A stretch of DNA of 64,000 nt from Podospora anserina. Lineage: Eukaryota. Under the pieces are notes generated by a model that saw only the letters and a list, made by a program, of their open reading frames with translations, was not told where the DNA came from and did no database searches. Below, piece after piece: positions 25,296 through 36,998 of this stretch (position 1 is the first letter of the stretch; each line of letters starts with the position of its first letter). The stretch is from the NCBI GenBank assembly GCA_017654855.1, contig CM030334.1:3162001-3226000 (forward strand). Reading direction: 5' to 3'. The translations under genes were made by a program, and so were the position numbers.

Positions 25296-28200
25296 CTACC
25301 TAAACCCACTCAACCGACCCTCACTCTTCCTCTTCTTCTTCTTCTTAAACGGGCTCAAACTCTCCCTCACCCTCCCCGCCGCTCCCGCACCAAAACTCTG
25401 CCGTCCCCCAAACAACCCCGGCAAAACCTGACTCATCGTCGGCGGTACCTGCTGCCGACTAGGCGTCTGGCTACTCCCCCCACTCACCCCCACCCCCTGC
25501 TGGCTTGAACTCTCCCTCCCACCACCACCACCCATCCTGTACTCCCTCCTCAGCGGACTCGTCGGCCTCACCACCCCCTTCCTCGTCGGGCTCCTCAAAA
25601 ACGCCGCCGGCGACCCCGGCACAACAACCCCCTGACTAAACACCAGCTGACTGCTAGGTTGAATACCCGGCAGCAACTGCTGACTAGCCGATTCCTCCAA
25701 AACGGAAGACTCCTCCCCGAAATATCTCTGAGATAACCTCTCTACCCGCTGCCGTCTGGCCATCATCTTCTTCAAGCGTTTATCCTTTCTCTTTTCGGCT
25801 TCTATATCTTCCTTATCCTTCCCAAGGTGCCAGCTTATGTTGTCCGGGTCGCCGCCCACTTCCCAGGGGGAGATGTCAACCGACAATTCGCCCTTGCGGC
25901 TGGACGAGGTGGGGATGGAGCCGTATTTCCTCAGGCGGAGCGCGACGACGTCTTCTTGTGGCTGTTCATCTTCGGGGTCGGCTGATTGGGAGGGTAGGCG
26001 GGATGGTTTGGATGGGCTGGAGGGGGTGGGGGGGAAGGAGGGGGAGGGGAGGGTTGGTTGGGAGGAGGAGTAGAATGAGAAGGATTGGGATTGGGATTGG
26101 GATTGGCTGTCGTTGGGGGTTATTAGTGTGCTGCCCCACGACGGAGGGACGGCCGAGACGGAAATGTTGGAGAGGAACATCTCGGCGGCCATCTTTTGCA
26201 GGATGTGGGTCCGGCGGTTCTTGACTGTTGCCGGCGCTCGTTTGCGAGGCTTGGGGAACAGCTCGCCCAAGTTCTGGGCCATGTCGTCCGGGTTGAAGCC
26301 GGCGATCGGACGGCTTGCTTCGGGAGGATAGAGCCATTCTTCCTCTTCCTGATCGTCTTGCAGTTCTGGTTGTATGTCTGCCCATGTGCGGGCAAGAGTG
26401 ATGAGTCCATCGTCTGATTGCTGATGGCTGGGCTTTGCCAACTCAAGACTGGAAACAGTTAGCAGGTGGACATGTTCATATGCAACCAGAAAAGAACCTA
26501 CACGCTGTGTCTAGGCATATACCCATCCTCCTTCTCCTTCTCCACAGCCTCTCGAAGGAACCTGAGATCCTGACCAGTAGCCGGCTCAATCTTCTCAAGA
26601 TGAAGCGTCCGGTTCCGCCATTCACTAGGATCCATACCCAAACGCAGCCCAACAAGGCTGCAATCGTTGAGCTTCAGCCTCTTGGGTTTCTCATCCCCCG
26701 AGTCTGGCTCTTCAATCTTGCGTTTGCCAAGGACAGTGAGCTCATCAAACCCATCTGGAACAACAAGCCTCTTGTGCAGATGTTCCAGTAGCTCCTTCTC
26801 GGCATCTCTGCTCTTATCGCCCCTGTCCAAAATCTCTGGGGCAGGCATCTCGGCGCCTTCATCATCCGACCACACACAAAGCGCGCTGCTAACCTCCATG
26901 TCTTGACTGAGAGTCAAAAACTGAAAGAACCTCATGGACGCATCCCTCAGCCGTTTGCCAGAAGGCGTGATAGTATCCCTCTTCCCCAGCTTGCGTTTAA
27001 CAGGAAGCATGCCAAGGCCAACGAAATTCGAACGGCTCTTCAACGAGACGACCTCACGATGGTACCTAGTCGTCGTGCCCGATTCCGGCAGGAGAAACCA
27101 GAAAATGTTCATCTCCGTGTCCTGCGCGGACCAAACACAAACGAAACAGGCCGAAACATCATTGACAAACGTCCCAGCCGAGACTTCGATCCGCAGAGTC
27201 GGGTCACTGCTGTCTTTTTGGTGCGGACATATCGCGAGAAAGTCGGGTTTGACTGTGCCATCAGCCCCCTTCTTGGCCGCAATCCACAGTAGACTCTTGT
27301 TCGTCAAGACAAAGAACTGTCCAGGGTCCAGTCGAGCGGGAGCAACTTCCATGACGCGCTGATGATCGATTCCAAACGATGGAAGAGCCACAGGATGTGA
27401 ATTCTGCGACTCGATGTCAAACAAATGCAGAGCCTGGTCGGTGTTCAAAAGGAGAAAGGGCCGCCTTGGGTGCTCAAGCTCATCGGAGCTCGACTCATCG
27501 GCCTCGACCTCCAAGTAGACAACCCCGTGCGGCTTGTCCAAGCTTGTCGACGAGCTCGGCAATTTAGGTATGGAGCCTGCCAGCATGTTGCCGCACATCG
27601 TCAGAACTGGCGTCAAGCTTTTTGGTCGATTATCCCGGCGCCCCGTGATGTCCCATATGCTCCAGTAGCCGCACTGGTCGATAATAACAAGCTGGGGTAT
27701 GTTTCGATCCGGCCCACGGATGAAGCACACATCTGTCTGTGGGCTGCCACCAGTTTGGCTTATTGGTATCGTCGCCAGGGGATTGATAAATATCTGAGAG
27801 GTAGGGCTCGATGTTGTCGCCAGGCCAGGGGTAGGCATGGGCAAGTCCCGGACTTCTGGCTCACATATCGTGGTCGAGCTTTCTTTCTGAACCAAAAGCC
27901 AGCGAATCATGTCGACGCTTTTCCCCTGCTTGTTCTTGCTGCCGCTTGCATTGATAGCAAACTTGACCAAAGAAATCGGGGTCGCATCCTGACACCACTC
28001 TCCCTCGAATCTGGCATCGGGTGCCTTGGTACGCGCCGTCACATCAGCCTCCTCCCAAACCCACTCTTCTCGAGCGAGGCTGATCAAACGAAGCACATTT
28101 CCAGAGACTCCAGACGACACAGCCATGACCGAAATCGCTGCGTCGCCATTGCGTCCGGTCCTCACATCTGCGATTTCACCAACGGAAAAGAGAGAGGTTG

Positions 28201-28639
28201 TCGACACAGGTGAAGCTTCGGTGCCGTCTTTGGCGCTGGCGATCTCCTCCATAAATAGACCTTCGAGCGCATCCTCGGTGATGGAAGCCTCGGGAAGAAA
28301 TTCCGTCAGCCAGTTCCCTTGCGCCCTGGCAATTCTCCACGGGCCCCCCAAGTTGGACTGAGGAGCAGCAACTTTACTCGGAGGACACCACTGGCTGAAG
28401 GGCGTCACTTGCTGAAAGTTGGGAGCTGCATTCGTTAGTCAAAGCCGCAAAATTTTCTCGGGGGCCTGCCAAAACTCACCCTCATCCTCGACGCGATTCT
28501 TGCGCAGTTCACCAAAAGCACCATCCCGCTGAGCGGGCGTATAACTCAACCGTCCAACCACACCATCAGTATGGTGTCTTCGATTCGCGTTCACCCTCGA
28601 CTTCCCAGCCGAGTGGCCAGTCCCGCGCTTTTCATCCAT
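25296..28639 (-). CDS. RRN6: RNA polymerase I core factor subunit Rrn6-like
   Basis: Three ORFs join in frame via introns 28479-28426 and 26501-26449. Motifs TGGSPQTDVCF, IIDQCGYWSIWDI, W..GGDP..ISW and a MSQVLPGLFGG...KKKRK..GF tail are typical of Pezizomycotina Rrn6. Confidence 0.8.
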
Positions 28640-29224
28640 TTGGGTCTCTCGTGTCTGGAATGGCAGAGTTTGCGAGTCTCAATATCATTCTCTTGTTTTT
28701 CTGTCAACGACAAAATCCAGAAATGAAAGTACTTTTGAGATTCCAAAAAGAAAAGAGGTCACGAGCTTTTGTTCAAAGACTCGTTCAAAGACGATACAAA
28801 ACAGCCAAACAAGCCAACGAGAGTCTGGATTGGGAAAGAACGGGCTGAGGGGAAAATCAAGACATCACATTAGTGAGAGTGAAAGTCGATGTCGAAGGCC
28901 AACTTTCATGCAATTCTTGCTTTCAAAGGAAGAACCCCAGTACCCAGAAATAAGTAATAAGTTTTTAGTGGGGCAAAGTCACCCACGCAGCCACTCACGG
29001 CTACGGGGCCGAGGGACATGTGGGGGCAGTCTTGGCATACATACAAAACCCGGGCTGCTGGGAGACCAACGGAAAGTCGATAAACAAATCGCCTGTCGCA
29101 AACCTGCCCGCCTTCTTCAACACCCACCATTCGCATCACAACTCCCACTCCTCGCGCAACGCCTGCCATCACCACGTTCCACACACCCCATAACAACCAT
29201 CGCAAACACCACCAACAATCCAAA

Positions 29225-30004
29225 ATGTCCTCCTTCGACCCCTCCCTCTCAACCACAACCCGCCCCTCCCCCCTCCCACCCCCCTCCACCACAACAAACC
29301 TAGCCGACTCCCTCCCCCAAATCAACTTCGACTTCGACTCCCTCCGCGACCGCATGTCAAAATTCACCCTCAAATTCGACTCCTTCATCGAGTCCGGCCG
29401 GAAACGCGTCCTCTCGGAACGCAATCAATTCCGTCTCAACGTCGCAGAGCTCCAAGAAGACCATCGAATGAAAAAAAAAGACATCGAAATCCTCCAATTG
29501 AAAACCTCCTCTTACCAGCAAACCATCGCGAAGGAAGCCGCCGAGACGAGAGAGATGCAGCAGGCTATTGCGTCGCTTACCGCGCAGAGGGACAGGCAGC
29601 TCGCGCAGCGGGATAGCTTAAGGCAGCAGATTGAGGCTGCGCAGAGGGAGATTGAGGAGAGGCTTCAAAAACAGAGGGAGCATCAGAAGAAGTTGGAGGC
29701 GCAGGCGAGGTATAACGTCCCGGAATTGGATTTTTGGGTTACAAATCTGTGTCTGAGGATTGAGGGGGCGGGGAAGGAGGACAGGCTCAAGTTTGTGTAT
29801 ACTCATGTGGATGAGAAGGATTGGGAGAGGGAGGCTTGGTTCGAGCTGGCGATGGGGGGGAGGGAGTATGATGTGAAGCATTGCCGGCCGAAGCTGGAGA
29901 AGGACAAGGTGGAGAGGGTGTTGGATAGGGTGAATGAGACGAGGGAGTTGGTTGGGCTGTTGAAGGGGATGAGGGAGTTGTTTGTGGAGGCTATGAAGTC
30001 TTGA
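29225..30004 (+). CDS. SPC25: Kinetochore Ndc80 complex subunit Spc25
   Basis: Single exon. INFDFDSLRDRM.KFT.KFD.FIE.GRKRVL.ERNQF, coiled coil, RWD-type C-terminus PELDFW...LRIEGAG..RLKFVYTH...LKGMRELF. Confidence 0.9.
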   Translation: MSSFDPSLSTTTRPSPLPPPSTTTNLADSLPQINFDFDSLRDRMSKFTLKFDSFIESGRKRVLSERNQFRLNVAELQEDHRMKKKDIEILQLKTSSYQQTIAKEAAETREMQQAIASLTAQRDRQLAQRDSLRQQIEAAQREIEERLQKQREHQKKLEAQARYNVPELDFWVTNLCLRIEGAGKEDRLKFVYTHVDEKDWEREAWFELAMGGREYDVKHCRPKLEKDKVERVLDRVNETRELVGLLKGMRELFVEAMKS

Positions 30005-30347
30005 TTTTTGGGTCGTGTCAAAAAATGTTATGATAATCATGATGGATGGATGGTTGGGTAATGAATTGGGCAAGGTGGGTAGGGTTGGATTTTTCTGCGT
30101 CAAGATACCAATTGTTTTGTTTTACTGTCTGGAGGACGAAATATTGAATCAATACTCCATATTTGCCTCTGCATTTTCATCATAAATCTTATGCATCTTA
30201 CAAGCGTTGAAAGCCGTCGCGTGAAAACTCAACCCCACCAATTAACCCCATCCCACCTCCAACCCTCACCCCTACAACGCGTCACAACTCCTCCCCATCA
30301 CACTCAACCCTCATCCCTACCAAACAACCCAAACAACCACCCAGAAA

Positions 30348-30697
30348 ATGGCAGACCGATCAGAAAAGCAAGCCGCCGCCCAACAAGCGGTCGACATTCT
30401 CCACGAGATATCCACTCTTTTGGTAAGTTTATTTTTCTTCCCCGAGTTTTGTTTTAACTAAAACCTCCCAGAACTGCCACCTCGACCGCCGAACCCTCTC
30501 CATATGCATCTCCATGATCGAAAACGGGGTCAACCCCGAGGCGCTGGCTGCAAGTCTTTTCACCTCTTACCCCTCCAAACTCACATACACGAATACTGAC
30601 AAACCAAAAACAGGAGGTAGTCAAGGAACTCAGAACAGAAGGCCAAAACGTGCGATTAGAGGCTGCTGCTCCTGCTGGGGCGAGCCGGAGGAGATGA
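30348..30697 (+). CDS. MZT1: Mitotic spindle organizing protein 1 (MOZART1, gamma-tubulin complex)
   Basis: Not fully in the ORF track. Exons 30348-30422, 30472-30549, 30614-30697 give [58 protein letters not shown]... The second intron is GC-AG. Confidence 0.93.
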
Positions 30698-31680
30698 CCG
30701 AGCTTCCTGAGGGAGGGCTGTGTGTCGAGATATCAAAATAATGATAAAAGATTGTCTCCCCCCGAACATTGCCTTTTACATGTCTTTATATCAAAAACAG
30801 GGACGCAAATTTATGAACGAGCGTTGGCTCAGGTCTGGTGTGTTCGTCCCAACTTATTTGTATGTTATATGGCTGTCATTGAACCTTAAACGCTCCATCC
30901 AGCTATAGCCAATATCAAATGTGTGAAACTGTTGCAATCCCAGAATCAAGAGCGATTCACTTTTCCACGAGTTTTCAGTTTCTGAGGGCATATCTTCAGA
31001 GAGCATCACAAGATACATCGCGTTCAGGATTCCGTTCGATTCCTCGTTCCACACGTGCTTGGGCGTGTTGATGGCCATATCGATGTTTCCGAATCGAGAT
31101 CCCAGCCAGAGGCGATGTGTGATACCCATGGTCTTGTTGGGTTGCTGTGGCGTTCTGATATGAAACGCTGCAGTGCAGTCTGACAACTGACTCTAATCAA
31201 ACCTGCCAGTTCTCAGACTGCACAGAAAAGCCACACACTCGGAGCACTTGAACACATGAGATAATTGGACTGGACGCTCGTATTCACATTCCCTCAACGA
31301 CGTGACAGGGCGGCTGACGACTGTTGACCGTTCGTTGCCCGAGATAAACCATCAAAAACTCCTTTTAGTTTCACATAATTGTCCCATAGAACCCCATCGG
31401 AACCGGTCATTAAGTTCAGCAACCCAGTGAGAGGACTCAAAAATCGTGATATTGACCGCAGATGATGACCCCGAATGCAGAAGTTTTCCCGAATGATTCT
31501 CTAACCACGAACTCCCCCAACGCACATTCCACTCACAATCCCGGTTAGTGAGTGGGTGCAGAGCGCATCGCTGGTCGACCGACCCTTGGCAATCTTTTCG
31601 GCCTAGAGTACATGTCGTGCCATGCCGTTATGCCGCCGCTGGCAACCCAAGAGATAGAGAGATGATCTGGCTTTTCGCAT

Positions 31681-32560
31681 TTACGAGGGAGGGGCATCAC
31701 CACGGCCGCCACGGCCACGACCGAATCCACCACGGCTGTGAATATTGTCAGCACAAGAGCCCTTCTTCCTGTACATCCCTCACAGAGTCCAAACTTACAA
31801 CTGAGGAGCGAAGTCGCTGGGGGCACCGCCCTCCTTGCCCTCACCGGCCTCACGGCGTCTGTAGCCACCCTCACGGTCGCCACGGTCGCCACGGCCGCGG
31901 CCACCGAATCTGCCCTCACGGCGGCCCTCATCGCCGAGCATGCCGCGGGGGGGGGCGTGAGACCGCTGCTGCTTGATGTGGGTGGCAGGGACAATCTCAG
32001 CGGGGAGGTGGAGCCACTCGCGGAGGTAGTCGAGACCCTCGGGGGTGAGGGTGTAGTAGTAGTATTGCCACGAGAACTGGGTCTTGACGTAGCCGCGGGA
32101 GGTCAAAGACTGGCAAGCCTTGATGACATAGAGGTTGCGGATGCCGGTCTCGTGGGTGGACTCGTAGCTGCACAATTCAACCGTTAGCGTCCGCACTTGT
32201 CCATCAATCCGTTGTTGCAGTCGGAAAAGGTCGTGTTGGTGTTTGAGGGCTCGGTGCTGGGCGAATTTGAGGAAATCGAGTGTAGTCGTCGGTTCAAGAA
32301 GATTTTGGGAACTCGGCCCTCGCTCGTGATACGTAGAACTCGAAATTGAAGAGAATGGCCTGAGAGAAATCGGGGGTGAACGTACTCCTTGGCAGCGACC
32401 ATGACGCCCTCACGAAAGAGGTACTACAACCGTTTGTTAGCTAACAGATTCATCAGGGCCCTTCGAAACCTCCGCTGTCCTCTCTCCAGCGACGAAGACA
32501 TCAAAAAAAAAAAGGCCTTACCTCATGGATCGCCTTGCGATCGGCCTTGGGAATAAGCAT
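31681..32560 (-). CDS. RPS10: 40S ribosomal protein S10 (eS10)
   Basis: MLIPKADRKAIHEYLFREGVMVAAKDY...SLTSRGYVKTQFSWQYYYYTLT...RGGFGRGRG. Exons 32560-32522, 32423-32386, 32167-31799, 31735-31681. Confidence 0.97.
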
Positions 32561-33058
32561 CTTGACGAAGGGGCCGGTATCGACACAATGGGGTCTCTTG
32601 GTCTGGCGGAAGTGTCGTCGTTGGGGAGTCGAGCTGCCAAAATTCGAGGTCTCAGCGATTTGTGGGCTGCAGCGCCGAAATTCCAAGACGGTAGTAGGGC
32701 TCGGGATTAGCGGGGCTGCACAGCCACAGGTATAAAATCTTGGCGCGACCGAGAACTTGCCTCTGTGGCTGGGGGTCCCACCTTTCTCCAAGGTTCCTGG
32801 GGCCACCAGCCATCGCTATCACCTGCCGCCATCAAGGTTGCGACGACAAAGTCTACAAAGACTGTAGCTAACTTTTCGCCTACACATTCACTCTACGCGC
32901 GACTCCCAACTACCACGGCAGTGACCGGATCCCTACATCTCTGACCTCAAGTCGGCGCATATCTCAAAACCTATTCGATCTACAGCGCAACGCCACTCCT
33001 ATCAACCATCACCAATCGCCGCATCAACACCCAGTCGCAAACCCAACACCACCTCAAA

Positions 33059-34003
33059 ATGGCCTCCCCCCCCTCAAAGATCAACATCCTCATCACCTCC
33101 TTCACAGGCTCCTCCCTCCCCCCAACCCTCTCCCTCGCCCTCCCCCCCTCAACCCCCATCTCAACCCTCATCACCACCCTCGACTCCCGCCTCCCCTCCT
33201 CCTCCTCCCTCCTCTGCACCCGCCAACTCCTCCTAACAACCCTCTCCTCCACCTACCTCCCCCCCTCCTCCTCCTCCCCCATCTCTTCCTTACTCTCCTC
33301 ACAAAAAGATGACTTCCTCACCCTCCGCCTCTCAGCCCCCCTCTGCGGCGGCAAAGGCGGCTTCGGCTCCCAACTCCGCGCAGCAGGAGGCCGCATGTCC
33401 AAGCGCAAAAAAACCCAAGAAGACAACGGCTCCTCCCGCAACCTCGACGGCCGAAGGCTACGGACCGTCACCGAGGCGAAAGCACTCGCCGAGTACCTCG
33501 CTATCAAACCTGAGATGGACAAGAAGGAAAGGGAGGCACGCAAGAAGAGGTGGGAGCAGATTGTGGAGATGACGGAGAGAAAGCAAGAGGAGATCAAATA
33601 TGGGAGTAAAAAGGTTGGGTTGGATGGGAAGTGGGTCGAGGAGAAGGAGGTGGGGGAGGAGAGGATGAGGGAGGCGGTTGCGGAGGCGATGAGGAGGGGG
33701 TTGGTGGTTGATAATCTTTTGGGGACGTCGGTGGGGAGTAGTGGTTCTGGCTCGGGTTCGGGAGAGGAGGAGGAGGAGGATAGGGAGATGGGGGATGGTA
33801 GTGAGGGGGGTGAGGAGCACAGTCAAGGGTCGAAAGAGACGACGCCGCCTTCGGAGGTTGAGCCTGAGGCTGACACGGCAAAGGTGGGGGGTAAAGGGAA
33901 GGGGAAGGAGAAGGAGGTGGTGAAGCCGGTGGAGAAACCTCAGGCGAGGACTTTTTTCGGCTTTGATGAGGATGATGAGTTTATGAGCTCTGATGAGGAG
34001 TGA
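33059..34003 (+). CDS. SDE2: Sde2 ubiquitin-fold-activated splicing/silencing factor
   Basis: N-terminal ubiquitin-like domain ending in LCGG, then KGGFGSQLRAAGGRMS and SSRNLDGRRLRTV.EAK.LAEY. Single exon. Confidence 0.92.
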   Translation: MASPPSKINILITSFTGSSLPPTLSLALPPSTPISTLITTLDSRLPSSSSLLCTRQLLLTTLSSTYLPPSSSSPISSLLSSQKDDFLTLRLSAPLCGGKGGFGSQLRAAGGRMSKRKKTQEDNGSSRNLDGRRLRTVTEAKALAEYLAIKPEMDKKEREARKKRWEQIVEMTERKQEEIKYGSKKVGLDGKWVEEKEVGEERMREAVAEAMRRGLVVDNLLGTSVGSSGSGSGSGEEEEEDREMGDGSEGGEEHSQGSKETTPPSEVEPEADTAKVGGKGKGKEKEVVKPVEKPQARTFFGFDEDDEFMSSDEE

Positions 34004-34727
34004 ACATTTGAAGTGAAAAGGGAACTGTGGAAATCGAGCGAAAATCTGTATCAATTTGTATTACTGGGACATCATGGGAGGAGGGCATTCAAAGCGTATT
34101 ATTTTGGCAGCGGTTTGTACTTGGGTTTGGCGGAACGGGTTATAAGGTTCATAAACGGATTTGTGATACCAGGCTATCAGCACGTAATTTACACATCAAT
34201 CTTTGTGCTTTCTTTGACTTTGGATGTCGAATGAGATACGAACTGGAAACGAATATCTTCTTGCGGGGTGCGGTCTTGGGAGCGAGATCCAATGGCGGTT
34301 GACGAAGCCCGTCATAGGTTCATGCAAGGAGGTTCGGATACCAGCCAGCCAGTACATAGCTGACAAGCACCATATTACCTTACCCATGTTCCCAAGGCGG
34401 CAATGCGGTGCGCTGTAGGAACAACCTCTCAATGTGATATTGTACAAGCACATCTACAGTCAACATACCAGACGACCAGGAGCCGAAAAGGGGGCGAACC
34501 AAAACCCACGTCTTTCTCAAAATTCTATATGCCTGACCCTCACACACACAACTCCCCTGAGTTTACTACCAATGATGGCATTTTTTCTAGTGTCACAAAA
34601 GGTAATTTTGTTTGGGGGGGCCGCCGTCGCCGTTCTCCATTAGCTCCTAGCTTCCTTTCTCTCCGTTTCTCTGCCGCAATGCTGGGCAGTAGGGTTTAAT
34701 CCAACTTTCCCATTTCGAAAAGCACGC

Positions 34728-35586
34728 TTACTCGAGCTTGACGGGGAAGTTGCCAGCCTCTGTTGGGTATGTCAGTCATCTTTTCAAGCCAGAGAGGTGG
34801 AAATGAAACAGGAAGCTTACCTCTCTGGGCGTCCCACCGTTCATACCAACCGCTAGGGCACAGAGACCGGTAGGCGAGCCAGAACTGCGCATGCGGGTTA
34901 GTTATCAGCTGATAGGTTGATAGGGGGTAATATATAGGGGGCTACGGACCTGGCGGCAGGGAGCGAAATCCTCACCCTTGGCGAGGATGCACTTGTGGTA
35001 GTCGACGTAGTTCTGCCAGCAGTGCTTGGTCTGGTTGGTGTTGGGGAAACGGGCGTCGACACCTATAGAAGAAATCCATCATGTCAGAGGTTCTGTTTCG
35101 CGGCTCAAAATGACAATAATTTCTCCTGCTTCGTTTTCTGGCGTGGCGTCGGCTTCCACGTGGAATTGTGGTGATCCCCCTTCTCCAGCATCTGAGTTGT
35201 TGAAAGCGTCGGTGTCGGCGGCCGGTCCATGTGTCGTCGTTCCGTCATAACCATTCGTCATCGTCATCGGCCCAGCTCCCCAAGCTCAATCATCCCCATT
35301 TCAATCCAGCTCTCAATTCCATTTCCCTCGGCAACCAATTCGACACTCTCGGGCTTCAATCGGGGCAGAAAAAGAGATTTATGCATACCAGCTGTCGCGG
35401 ATGTTAGCAAAGTGTCGTTGTTGTCCCAAAATCAGACCATGTTGTTTTTTTTCTCCCCCCATCCTCCTCCTCTTTTACCGCGGGAATTTACAGCTTTGCG
35501 GGCACTTCGGTAGCACATGGGAGGAACTGGACAAACGTACCGGTGACGAACTTGAAGGGCTTGGTAACGCGCTCCTCGTCAGACAT
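34728..35586 (-). CDS. COX12: Cytochrome c oxidase subunit 6B (Cox12)
   Basis: Missing from the ORF track. Exons 35586-35541, 35391-35389 (3 nt), 35062-34950, 34884-34821, 34759-34728 give [85 protein letters not shown]. Confidence 0.95.
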
Positions 35587-36140
35587 TTTGGCGGTTTATT
35601 GATTTGTGGTTGTGGTTGAGGGGAGAACAACGACCGGGGGGGCGTGGGAGTTTTGGTGAGAGGGGTTTGGAAAGTACGCTGTTCGATAATGGTTCGGAGA
35701 GATGATGAGAGGTAGGTATGGATAGGAGCTCTCGGGTTGGCTGGCTTGTGCTCTTGGCTGGAGCTTTTTCGGTTCGGCTGTCCGCTGCTGCCACCGAGAG
35801 CTCTCTGATGCTTGGGCTTGTGTTCATGCAGTGCCAGTGCCAGTGCACGCACACTGATGACGGAAAGTGGGTCACTTTGACGGAGCTTCGCAGCGGTGAT
35901 TGGAGGAATCGCTGCCTGAGGCACATGTTTTCTTGGTGCAGGCAGAGAGTATGGAGTACAGTGTGGGCTGATATCGCTGACGGTGACTGGCCTTGGCGGA
36001 ATCAAACCCGCTTAGCTAGGTAAACCTTCCAACTTGCCGAAGCTCCCCCCCCCAGAGAATACCCGAAGAACTCCAAAAGACGTCGTCGACAGCCACACAG
36101 TCTACCCTCTCGAGGAACATCCCCACTCAGTCATTTCAAA

Positions 36141-36628
36141 ATGTTTGCTACGCGCTCTCTGCGGATGTTCCGGGCCACCCCCCGCATGATGCGGCCCATT
36201 CCTGTGAGTGCAACGACGAGAACAGTTTTGTGTTTTTTTGATTGCGTCAGAGCTAACTGTTTGGTGTTTATAGAAGGAGGAGCAGTCTGGTATGTGAAGG
36301 CAACGGGAAGAGGACGATATCTGGGCTAGGATGACTCGACGACGCTGACACGAATTGAACCGATCTATGTAGCCCACACTGTCTCCCAGCGCCTCAGACG
36401 CCTTAAGAACATCCCCGCCGAGTTGATTCCCCTTGGTGAGCAGCCCACGATGTCTACCTTTGGTTATCCGGAACAAATACTCATACGACTACAGGTGTCG
36501 TCGTCGGCTTCGCCGTCTGCGCGGCTTGCTACTCCATCACCCGTCACTTGGTCGTTGACAAGACCATCCGTCTCAAGAGACAAAATCGCGCTGCCGACAG
36601 CCACGCCGCTGCCGGTGAGCACCACTAA
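36141..36628 (+). CDS. Small mitochondrial membrane protein, MLRQ/NDUFA4 (COXFA4/B12D)-like
   Basis: Exons 36141-36203, 36274-36289, 36373-36435, 36495-36628 give MFATRSLRMFRATPRMMRPIPKEEQSAHTVSQRLRRLKNIPAELIPLGVVVGFAVCAACYSITRHLVVDKTIRLKRQNR... This has an Arg-rich presequence, a P.ELIPL motif and one TM helix. Confidence 0.78.
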
Positions 36629-36998
36629 GCTTAGACAAACAGCATTGGAGGTCAGAGCAGGAGGGCTCGTCTTTTCATTTTTAGACTTGGGAGGCGGCGG
36701 GGCGCCCTTTGTATATGATGGACAGGCTGGGTCGGTTTGGAGGGTGAAATCGACGTCTGATTCAAACGGGTAGCAATCCCCCTTTCTCTCAATGCGTGAA
36801 ACAACAAAAGAACAACATGGCATTGCTCTCTTCCCTTTTCCCTTGAACTAACAAAAGGCCATCTTCTCCTAAACGCCGTAGCTATGCACACACTTTTTTC
36901 CCCCTTTGGGGCTGCAATATCAACATTGTTCCTCGATATCGTTGGTGATGTCATGGTGTAACCCCCTCGTGATCGTCAGTATAACTCAAACCATTTCT

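Noticed and set aside
30854-31186. 110-aa minus-strand ORF between MZT1 and RPS10
   Set aside because: Non-ATG start, no recognisable domain, and no supporting splice structure.
35079-35267. 62-aa acidic ORF inside COX12 intron 2
   Set aside because: It stops before the acceptor and has no splice link or known motif.
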